DNA of 64,000 nucleotides from Sphagnum compactum (Eukaryota). The position numbers were made by a program, and so were the translations under genes. Positions 10,113 through 21,000 of this stretch are shown in pieces (position 1 is the stretch's first letter; every line of letters begins with the position of its first letter). The DNA lies in the NCBI GenBank assembly GCA_965153455.1, contig OZ234493.1, positions 1,736,001 to 1,800,000 on the forward strand, in the 5' to 3' direction. The notes beneath the pieces are model-generated. The model searched no databases. It had not been told where the DNA came from and saw only the letters and a program-made list of their open reading frames with translations.

Positions 10113-12294
10113 TCAGCTTTTGTTGTTCTGAGTCTCTACTTGCATCCCTTCAGATTCCTCCCCTTCCTCCTCCTCTTCCACTGCAACCTTTTTGGGATGC
10201 TTGAGCTTTGCACAAAAGGATGATGGGTTGGTTGTCATTGCAGTAGTACTACGGCCGTAAGTCTTCGTCTTCTCCTTCCTCACCATTCTTGTGATGCGTG
10301 ACGACAGCCAATTTACATGAGGAGTCGCAGCAGAAGAGGGAGTGGGTACTGCTTCTTTTTTAACAAGCCCAGCTTCGTCTACAAAAGTCTCCTGCTCTCC
10401 TTTTCCTGCATGTTGTTCGACAGCTAGTACTCCTTCACCGTTTGTGTTTAGACTCTGATGAGCTTGCAGACCGTTCATTGCTGAATGACCACTACTAGAC
10501 TTGTGTTTGTGCGCAAGCAGGATACACAAAGTAGATGGCGACTTGTTGCTGGTGACGGTGGTACCGTACTTCTTCAACATTCTTGTGATGCGTGACCATA
10601 GACGAAGATCGTCCCCGGTCAATGCCTTTTTCCCCGAGTCATGATCCAAGCTGCTGGCCTCCTCACCTTCTACTCCTTTCTTGTGAATCTGCGCGTGATA
10701 CATCACAGACAAAGAGATTGAGGAATTATTTTTACCTTCTGGTTGTCACTGCTGATCCATATCAAGGAACCTGTAAATGCCGTCGTAGATCGAGAACAAT
10801 TGTATACGAAAATGGAAATTTCTTGCGGTCCTGCAGTGATCATTAGTATCTAGAGAAGCTGCTCAAGATTAGTGAGGACATGAGAAGTTCCGAGACCTGT
10901 AGAGCTGAGAGGGTAGCTGGGTCCATGGTGAGAGCATTGTTGAAGCGGAGGTAGAAAAGAGATCCAGTTAAGCGAACGATGCTCTCCAGATCCTCCAAAC
11001 ACACTTGCCGGAAGCTTCGCAGGAGAGGCAAGTGGATGACAGAGATCACATGGCAGATGGGCGTAACAGGGCTGCTTTCGAACCTGTAGAAGTGATTGTC
11101 ACTCACCCGTCTCCATCCTCTCCCAACCAGTGCCTGCAGTTTGTTCCCAACAATCATGCAACAGAAAGAATCAGCGCCGCAACCCATCATGCATGCTGCA
11201 CATGATGGATGCAAGTCTGCTGCACGCAAACTTGTACCACCAGCTCGAACTTAAGATCGAAAAAAAAATGTTCATGCACTGGAGAGATAATCCGATTGGG
11301 CCTACCTCGGCAAGATCCTTGAAGGTCTCGATCCGCCGATTGGTGCCCTTCACAGCCAGCGATACTTGAACGTTTCCAGCTTTGATGTCCTCTCTGAGTC
11401 GTGACCCACGAGCTGCTGGCAAAGCTCCCGCCCCCACATCAAAGACGCCAACAAGACCTGCATACTCGAGTCTCCTTACAAACCGCTTCAGCTCTATCCT
11501 GGTCGCAGCCCCTGTAACAACAACAGCATTCGCAATTTTAATTCCTACAGGTTTCATTTTCACTGATCTTCCGAGAATGAATCTTGATGGCCAATTCTAT
11601 TGTTCTTTCTCTGCATTGATCTTGAGCCTCACTCTTGTGCGGCCGATCTGCAGCATGATGAAAGATGAGAACTACAAAGGATTCTTGAAGGGAAATAGAA
11701 ATCAAGGAAATCTTCTAAGTAGAAGAGTCACGAGAGAATGGGTACAGTACCAATATCAGGGTATGGGAGACAGGCGTGTTGAACATCAGCTTCGTGACAG
11801 GCTCTCCATGTGCACCACAAGTCTCGCTGGGGAGTGACATAAAAAGACCAACCCAGGTTCTGCATGATGCGGGAGAGTTGCTCATAGCTCTTCACGGGCT
11901 TCATGGTCTTGAGATTCAGCAGATACCACGTTCCCGGCTTGCTCCAGTTGCTCATGGCCGCTGTCGACATTCCGCACTGATATTGCTGCTGCTGCTGCAT
12001 CATCGCAGCCAGGCTAGGCCCATGAGCAGCTGCATGAGACTTTACCGTTACTGCCGCTGCATGACGCAGAGTCCCAGGCCGCCCCGGCTGAGTCTTCTGC
12101 AGTACTACGCGGGATGTCGAACTTTTCGACAGACTAGACGTACTGTGGCCGGTTCTTGGCCTGCGCGACCCATGCTGCTGCATCTGTCCAGGCGATGCAG
12201 CTGCAATGTCTACTGCAGGTGATCTAAGTCTCATGCCGTGGTCGTGATCCGATCGACCTGAACTCAATTGAAGCTGGTGGTCTACCACTGCCAT
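10113..12294 (-). CDS. 4-exon paralog B (~520 aa), tandem FPF1/FLP1-like domain protein, convergent with paralog A
   Basis: Exons (minus strand) 12294-11751, 11511-11306, 11133-10897, 10688-10113. GT..AG introns at the same protein positions as paralog A (PDI/G, LAE/A, ALQ/I), total 1563 nt, open. Exon 3 is the same length (237 nt) and encodes an identical peptide. Confidence 0.85.
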
Positions 12295-13106
12295 GGGAGC
12301 TCTAGCTGTTGATCCAATCTTACCTAGCTACGACGAATCTCAAAACCTCACAGGTGAGCTTAAATCTCTTCTGCAGGGATCATCACAAAAGAACTGAGCC
12401 AAATTGCAGGAAGATCAAAATTATTCATCTTCCCATACTGAATCTATAAGTAAGAGAAAGAAAGAGATCAAGTCTCGCTACACCAGCTTCGATACTCAAA
12501 CATGTATTTAACGAGTCTGGTCCTCATGAGTCCATTTAAGAACCTCGCACAAGTCCACCAGCTTGCTTACAATAGAAACAAATTTGATGAGATTGGACGT
12601 GGAATTCCTCATTCGAGCTCATGACCTACAATGCCTGCATCCAGACCCAAGGAACTACAAACAATTGTGTGGGTTCAAAGCACTCCTGCAAATCAAGCCT
12701 GCAACAACAACACCAACAACAAAGCAAGTCCGCTTTACATGCGGGAACGGAGTTCTATAACAAGGCAGGTTTGGAACTAAACGGGCTTCTCAAGCTTGAA
12801 CCGGAGTGCTCAATCGACGGTCATCCATTTCTTCATCGGACGGGCACCATTTTCCGATACTTTTCTGGCCGTTATATTGGGTTGGAGAGCGACGAACTGT
12901 TAATTTAACAGTTTTAAATCAAAAAGTATTTTGAATGTATCATTTTATCGAATTTTTTATGTGATTATTAAGGCCTTTGGATGAGGGCTATTGCAAAATA
13001 AACATTTGAGGTCCAAGCACAGGTGGCTACCATCTTGTGTTAAGGTTGTCATCTTTGTTTGTTGGCCCTGCCTTGTAAGGCAGGGCTATTGTGTTGAGAA
13101 TCATTA

Positions 13107-15001
13107 CAGTAGTCTCTCGTTTAAGTACGCAACTTGAACCTCGGAGTTTTGTGCGTACTTTATCGGTAGGTGCGTACTTTAGATGCTCCATTCCCAAATC
13201 GCCTGCGTTTCGCTGCAATGTCGAAGAAACTGACCGGCAAGCGCCTGAATGAGTCCCAGCGCTGCGAGATCATCTCAAAACTGAGCAAGACGAACCCTCC
13301 AAGCAAACGCGCTCTAGCGCGTGAGTACGATGTTAGCGAAAGCGCTATCCGGAAGGTCTGGGAGAAACGAGATTCAATTCTTGAACAATCCGCTTTATTC
13401 TCCGAAGAAGCTAAACAGAAGACCTTCAGAGCTTCAGTTGGACGATTTACCGAACTTGAAGATATGTACATCTGGATTGACAGCATGCGCCGTGCCAAGC
13501 TCCCTGTACTGCCATCTCTCGCCATTGCGAAAGCGAAAAGTATTGCTTCTACATTATCCATTTTCGATTCAGACTTTAAGGCTTCATGGCAATGGCTTAG
13601 TCGTTTCAGGACACGCCGAGGTCTACAGAAAATGCTTCTTCATGGAGAAGGAGATGAGGTTGACAAAAATGACCCAGAATTACTATCAACGTTAGAAGAA
13701 TTATACTCTATCATCGCTCAATACGACCCTGAGAACGTCTACAACATGGACGAGACTGGATTGTTTTTCCGTCTGCTTCCCAGATATTCCATTCTGATGC
13801 CGAACAAGGACATTTCAAGCACTAGAGGCAAAAAGAAAGCGAAAGATCGTGTTTCTCTGATAGTTTGCGCCAACGCAACTGGAACACATAAAATTCCTTG
13901 CATAATGATTGGAAAGCTGAAAGAGCCAGCGGGTATTAAAGACCGACACTGGCCAATTCCTTTTCCAATCAAGCGAAAGCATGGATGGATGTGGAAACCT
14001 GCTGGAAATGGTTCAACGAAGTTTTTGTTCCAGAAGTCAAAAGACGAACAGGACGTCCCGTTCTCTTACTGATGGATAATGCGCCAGGACACTTCGACGC
14101 CTTCGAACGCGACAACATCCGCGTAGTATTCTTTCCTCCGAACTATACCAGCTGGAAACAGCCTTGTGATATGGGAATCATCGCCGCTCTCAAGAAACGA
14201 TACAAATATTTATATTTCAAGGATATCCTCGACTTCTACGAGCTTCACGAGCAGTTAAAGCAACGGAAAAGAGAATTGGGAAAACAACTACAACGAGGTG
14301 CAGCAGGTGTTTCCTACGGAAATCCAGCGCACCTGCTAGATGCCGCAAGCTATGTAAAAGAAGCCTGGGATTCCGTCTCGTCAAGCTCTATCAAAAATGC
14401 ATTCAGTAAGGCGGAGCTCATGAATTTGGAACCGGAACCAAGGGCTGAGAGCGAAAATAACGTCATTGCCACTGAGTTAGCCCAAACCATCGAAAGCTTA
14501 AATTTATCGATCAACCAATCAGAACTGGAAGAATTTGTTCATATTAATGACGAAAGCAATGAAGAATATGTCGCAGCAGTGTTGGAAGACGTCGAAGAGC
14601 TGTTGGAATCGATGAAGATTAATGAAGCAGGGTTTGATGAAGATAGCGATGTTAATCAACCAGAGCAGATTGTCGAGTCACAGGATAGAGTTGAATTTCA
14701 TGGATTTGAGTCTTTGTATAAGTAGATTCTCGATATTGAGGATCAGTTACTCTGCTCTAACGTTCAAACAGAAGCCGAGAGAAGCATTTGACGATCTCAA
14801 AAAATCTTTTGAAGAGTTCCAGGCCAAGGTTCGAGCAGTCGTCCTCAAAGCCAAACGCAAAAAAAAACCAAAACCTGCGCCAGATGACGATTCATGATAT
14901 GTTCCACTGAAAAATGTTGATCCCTAAAAATTTTGTCATAAAATGCGTACTTAACCAGGATGCGTACTTAAACAGGTGCGTACTTAAGTGGGAGGCTATT
15001 G
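13107..15001 (+). mobile_element. Full-length pogo/Tigger-type (Tc1/mariner superfamily) DNA transposon
   Basis: 25-bp TIRs: CAGTAGTCTCTCGTTTAAGTACGCA and, on the right (revcomp), CAATAGCCTCCCACTTAAGTACGCA, with 5 mismatches, all transitions. TA TSD at 13105-13106 and 15002-15003. Subterminal TGCGTACTT repeats at ~13152, 13171, 14944 and 14961. Confidence 0.95.
13218..14910 (+). pseudogene. Disrupted pogo/CENP-B-like DDE_1 transposase
   Basis: HTH (KRALAREYDVSESAIRKV), CENP-B-type FKASWQWLSRFRTR, catalytic motifs VYNMDETGLF, LLLMDNAPGH and QPCDMGII. Frameshift at ~13965, TAG at 14723, further frameshifts at ~14775 and ~14865. Ends in QMTIHDMFH*. Confidence 0.92.
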
Positions 15002-16996
15002 TACTTTGTCAAATCTATTTGTGTGGAAACCGGTCATCACTAGTCAAATCATGAATTGCCACAGCAACCACTAGTGGCTGCCTCCCAGTTTTGTTGTGTT
15101 TGTAGTGCATCTTGGAGCTCTCAAATTTCAAGCTTTCTTGTGTGAAATTTGGTATGTAAAACCCTAAGGATTAGTTGATTGCTTTCCAAGTTCCCTCATT
15201 GCAGTTTCATTGTGGTGCATTTTGTAGGTTTGAGCAATTTGGTTTTGTATCTAGGAACTTGGATCTTTCAATAATGAGTAATTTGTGCCATTATACCATG
15301 AAGGTTGCTAGATTACAAGAGCTTGATGACAAAAACACAAAAAAACCATAGAACACAATTTCAGAAATAGAAGCCATTGGTATAGTTAAGGGAATAATTT
15401 ATCAGTCATACTAGTTTTAACTATTATAACATATACTTAAATATCAATCCGTGAAAGTTGTTCCTTATAGATGATTAAAAACATGTCAACTTCTCCGCTT
15501 GAAAGTTAAAGCTTTGAATAGTCTGTGGATGCCTAACCGATTTGTTCATGCATTCGATCAAAAATCATTTAATGGTTTGCTTGTGCAAGGTCACCAATGA
15601 TACTAATAAATGGTCCTTCCTCAGAGTTAGGTGATATGGTGAGGCAATAAAAAGGCTCCAGGTACAAAGATATGTAATTGTCTAGAGTCGCCACCAAATG
15701 TACAGTTCCATTACCATTTACATCTTTGAAGTGGAATTTAATGGTTGGAAATTCGGAAATTGAAAAAACATCAGAAAGGTTGAAGCATTTTGGAAATAGA
15801 TTAATAGCATATTGAAGTGAAGTTATTAGCTTCTGAAGTTCTTGCAATCCTTCCATACACAATCAATCCTTTCTTGTATTTATTAATGGTAAGCATGTTT
15901 GATATCAGTGTCCGTTGTAACAGGTTGTAATTGTAACAATTCCCTAGATAGAATAAATGTGCACCAAATAACACATTATGCAAGATGGATGATTTGTATG
16001 AACATGAAACATTTTTTCCTTGTATTCTTGTCCCATTTAAACTAACCATAATGGTTAGCAATGTATCAACCATTACCTTATTAACTAGTAAATGTTTTAC
16101 CTACTTACCTATGGCATGTTGGTACTTACATAACTAACTAATGTGAAGTGGAAGTAGGTGGATTATAAGATATTTACCTTGCCTGCTTATAATGTTCAAA
16201 GTTTAGACTAGTTCTTTTATCAATTTTATTTTGAATTGAAATTACTTAATGAATTTAAACAATTTTATCATCTCTCATGATTTTATTTGAATTTGACATA
16301 AAGGGTAGTAGTGATGTGTTGCTTGTTTACTTATTAGTTAAAATTTTGGCCTAACACCTTGCACTTGTTGGTTCAAATTTTGACTTGAACCTGCAATCAA
16401 TGTATTGGTGAGTACCAAAGACCTACTATTTGTCTTCTTTTTTTAATCCTTTTTTCCTAGGTTATCAAACTCATTTTTGCATTCAAATTATCAAACCATG
16501 TCACATAATTCCACAATATATTTTTAATGGTTTTATTCACCCATGATTTGGTTTCAACTTGCCATATTATAAGACAAAGCCATCTATGAAGAAGATTTGG
16601 TTCCAGCTCCAAAAATAAGATTAAAATTGTCTCAATTTTGGTTCCACACAAAAAAGGAACTAAGAATTTGATTTCGAATCTGGTTCTTCAAAAAACAAAT
16701 TTTAGTTTATGTTTGGACAGTTGGAGTTTGAATAACCCAAAATGGAATTGGTAGTTAATAGCTGAATATCCCAAGTTTCAGTCTTCTTGTTTTCAAATAC
16801 ATGTACCTATTTTCATTTAAGTTTTAGTTCCAGTTCCACATAACAATAGAATGAAGAAAGCAAATTTAGCCCTAGTTCCTTCAAACAAATAGAATTGAAT
16901 TGTCATCAATTATGAAAATCAAACTAATTTCAGTCTAGTTCTTACTAACTAGAACCAGTGGTTCTTAGTTCTTACCCATCCAAGATTAGTTTAACC

Positions 16997-17166
16997 AGTG
17001 TTGAGCAATTATCACAAACAAGAACACACCCTTGATGGATGGTTATTAGTGACGTTTTTAGAATTCATAACCGTAATACTCCTCCCCAAAAAAATCAAAA
17101 ACTTGGTTAAGGTGTATAATCATGGTTTTCAAACAATTTAAAAAATCAAATAACCACCCAACACTG
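16997..17166. mobile_element. Small hAT-like MITE in protease intron
   Basis: cagtgttgag...aaccacccaacactg termini with near-duplicated flanks (gtttaac/gtttcaac). A related terminus cagtgttgggtggtt occurs at ~28373 (closing aaccgcccagcact ~28779) and at ~42092. Confidence 0.5.
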
Positions 17167-17203
17167 GTTTCAACAGGTGGGACTAACTTGGTGATGACAC
17201 CAA

Positions 17204-17416
17204 AGGTGTATTCACATTTGGTGTTAAGGACTATAGTATTAAGTCCTCTAACACCAAGCTAATCATTTAAAACCTAAACCTATTTACCATGAAGATTTTT
17301 TATTAAATTAACATTCATTTAATATTAACCAATCATCCATTTAACATTGGGTACCACCTAAAATGCCACCTAGATTTTCACTTAACATTCACTTAACATT
17401 AAGTGTGAATGCACTT
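17204..17416. mobile_element. Tourist/PIF-Harbinger-like MITE next to the exon-3 donor of protease copy 1
   Basis: TIR aggtgtattcacatttggtgttaag ... cttaacattaagtgtgaatgcactt; flanks caa/taa. Confidence 0.6.
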
Positions 17417-18051
17417 TAATTACCTGGGAGATAGCAGTGTAATTAGCAATGTTGAGAAAAGTAAATGCCCTGCCAGAGTCCAAGACGACCCCACTTGTAC
17501 CATCGGTTTTGTTTATGAAGAAAGTGTTTGGTGGAATGTTCTATAACATTGAGTTACTGTTCACACTAATTTTTGTTAAGCCCACAATATAAAAAACGAA
17601 AAATATTTGTGGAGAGTCATGGGTGTGATCATGGGCGTGTAGACCAAGCGACGATTAATTTTCGACCCTTCTAGGCTTTCGAAGAAGATGGTGCTCATGT
17701 CACTGGTGGACAAGTTAAAAGGCACCAAACAATAAGAGAACATGTCGGGATACATGTTCTACAGAGAAAATGCACTTTTGCACTTCTACCAACACCCACT
17801 ATTCCATTTGCTCCCTTGAAGAAAAGAATTATTGGGTTGATTATGCCCACAACCAAATACTATTAGAATTGAAGTGGATCGTCTGTTTATATTAGTGATA
17901 ATGAGATTCTCGTAAGTCAAGTTGCCTTGGTTAATATCGCTCCTATATATAAAAAGGTATTCTCCTTTATTTGTTTCACAACTACGTTTACCCCAATGTA
18001 GGGACCATATTGAGTAAGAAGCTGGTGATGAAATCATCACAAAGTTATTAT

Positions 18052-21000
18052 TGTAAGTAGCATGTGGTCGAACTACTTTAGTGGAAGCACTAAATAGTAG
18101 TAGCAAATTAACACTCGAATTAATCTTAGTAGTCCCGCTCATTTCCACGCTATCGTAATAAATCAAAAACGGTGGCATGTGCACCGGATTGAATTCACTA
18201 CACTTTCGCTAGTGCATTAGTTAGGCACCCATGTGCATTTTACTTTAGATTACCCTCATTGCATGGTAACTATTTTCACCTACCAACAGTTATTAGCCTT
18301 ACTTCTGAGCGATCCTCCATGTGCATATAAGCACATCACAGGTTCCCATTAGATCATCTCGAAATCATTGATCTATTTTTCTACAAGAATTAGTTTTGAA
18401 TCACTAATCCATTTTAGCATAATTCTTAGCAAGATTAAGCTTTGTAGTGTGATTCCTTTTCTTTGTCCAAGTTCATTGTACCAATTATTTTTAGGCACAT
18501 TGTGTAATGGAATAGCCTGATTTTTCATAGATTATGGGCCCACATTTTGGGTACATAGGCAAATTCACAAGGAAAAAATTTATGCTTTAGAAGTTTAAGA
18601 TGGAAACTATGTTGAAAGCTAGAGAGTTGTGGGGGCTAGTAGATGGGAAAGATGTAAAGCCAAGTGAACAAGAGGTAGCTACATTGTCAACTTACACTAA
18701 GAGAGATAACCGAGTTCTTAACCTCATAGTGTAGTGTTTGTCTGATAGCCAATTGCTTGCAATGAGAAAAGAAACTATTGCAAAGGGCATTTGAGAGGCA
18801 CTTCAAAACCGATAAGTTGATAAAGGTTTCACTAATATGCTCTTTTTGACAAGTTTTTCACCTCGTAGATAAATCCAACTAACACAATGGAACAACACTT
18901 AAACAAGTTGGGAGCTATGGCAAAGGAGTTTGATGCCATTGGTGCAACAATTCCTCCTGAGGTGAAAGTCATGGTCCTTTCGATGAGTCTACCTGAAAGC
19001 GACAAATTCCTTGTCACTTATTTGGAGTCCTTAGAATCCATTGACCCCAAGAAATTTACTTGGGAGGTCATAGCAACTAGCTTGTTGAATGAGGAATTGA
19101 TGAGAAAAGAGAAGTCTAGGTCCTCTAAGTTGTTGACCAAAACTGCACTCGTATTAACTCAAAAAGGGTTAGAGACCTAAGTTAGTATAAACAAGTCAAG
19201 AGACATATGTAACTACTATAAGGAAGTTGGGCATTGGGCAAGGGAAAGTAAAAAAAAAATAGCTTATTCCAAGAAAAGAGGAGAGCAAAATAATATAGTT
19301 GAGGTAGGAAATGAAGCTACTAGGAAGCCTTTGTGTTTTCTTTGTTTGTTTCATGTGGATCCATAGTGTGGAACATAGATTCTAATCCATCTGCACATCT
19401 ATTTCATGAACGAATCTGGTTCAAAAATTATGAATCAATTTCACCCATCGAAATCTACATGGGCGATAATTTTGCTTAAAAAGCTATTGGTAGAGGAGAT
19501 ATAAAGGTATCCATGTTAGTGGGAGGAAATGAAATTATTGACGTTGTCCTTTCTAATGTCTTGCACGTCCCTAGATTGGCAACAAAACTTTTTTCTATAA
19601 CAAAAGCAAACTGCATTGGGTCATGTTTTTGAATTTGGAGGAAAAAGGTGTGTCACCATGAACAAACAAAAGAAAGTAATTGGACTTGGTTTGAAAGAAA
19701 ATGGTTTATATTGACTACAATGTGAGACAAAGTCAACAGAGATAGTCAAAGGTTTAATTATTTATAAGGAATCAAATAATATCTAGCTATGGCTTGAGCG
19801 ATTGGGGCATCTAGGTGTAGAAAATGTGAAGATGTTGTCAGAGAGTAACCTCGTGGAAGCCATTAACATTGACAAGGGAGCAAAGCTCAATTTTTGTCAA
19901 AGGTGTGTTTAAGGCAAGCAACACAGGGAAACATTCCTTGAAAGAAGGAAGGTGGTGTGCAAAAAAATTGTTGGAATTAATTCACACCAATGTTTGGGCA
20001 CTAGCTAAAACTCCATCTTTCGGCAGAACAAGATACTTTGTATCTTTCATAGATGATTACTTACATAAATCTTTCATTTACATTTTGGAGAGCAAGGGAG
20101 AATGTTTTTCAAAATTCCAAGAGTTCAAGGTGCTCATAGAAAGATAGACTGGAAAAAATATCAAGATCTAGAGAAGTGAAAACAAAGGTGAATTCTTGTC
20201 CTGAGAATTCCAAGCATTTTTGAAACTGAACAAAATTTAGCATTAAATCAACATCATACACACCCCAACAAAATGGAGTGGCCGAACGACTAAATCACAC
20301 AATTATTGAAATAACACACTACATGTTTCACTAATGCAATTTGGAACCGATATACTAGGCAAAAGTTGTAATGACCACATACTTAAAGGCTGGATCTCCC
20401 CACAAAGCAATTCAATGAATAACGTTTGAAAAACTTTGGAATGGGAGAAAACCTATAGTGAATTATTTATGAGTTTTTGGTTGTGACGCTTACATTCATA
20501 GACCCAGTTAGACCAAAACGAAATTGGATTCAAAGAGCATAAGATACATCTTTGTAGGTTATGATTAGAACTTAAAAATGTACAAATTGGTCACAAGGAG
20601 ACCTCCAGGTTGATCTTTAGCTGTGATGTGGTCTTCAATGAAGAAGTAGACATTGCTTCACATGAAAAGACTTTGTTCTAGAAAGAACCAAAAGGAATGA
20701 AACCGGAAGGAATGAAACAATGGATTTTTTCCTTTTCAATCTAGGATTCAAAAAATGTCAAACAAATCCTAGTATTTATTATTTGAAAAACCAAGAGTCA
20801 TCATTCTTAGCATTATACGTAGATGACTTATTGATTTTTAACAAGGAGATCACAACAATTGAAAGAACGAAAAAATTTCTGTCACAGGAGTTTAAAATGA
20901 AAGACTTAGGGGATCTTGCATTTTTTCTTAGGATCTAAGTAACGAGAGATTGGTAGCGTAGAACCATTAAGCTTGGTCAGCCAAAATACATCAACAAAAT

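Noticed and set aside
10592-12222. Long plus-strand ORFs (10592-10846, 11382-11837, 11776-12222) and minus-strand ORFs over paralog A
   Set aside because: They are antisense shadows of GC-rich exons, with no independent protein features.
12563-12908. Two overlapping plus-strand ORFs upstream of paralog B (possible divergent gene)
   Set aside because: Short, with no motif or splice support; probably promoter or UTR sequence.
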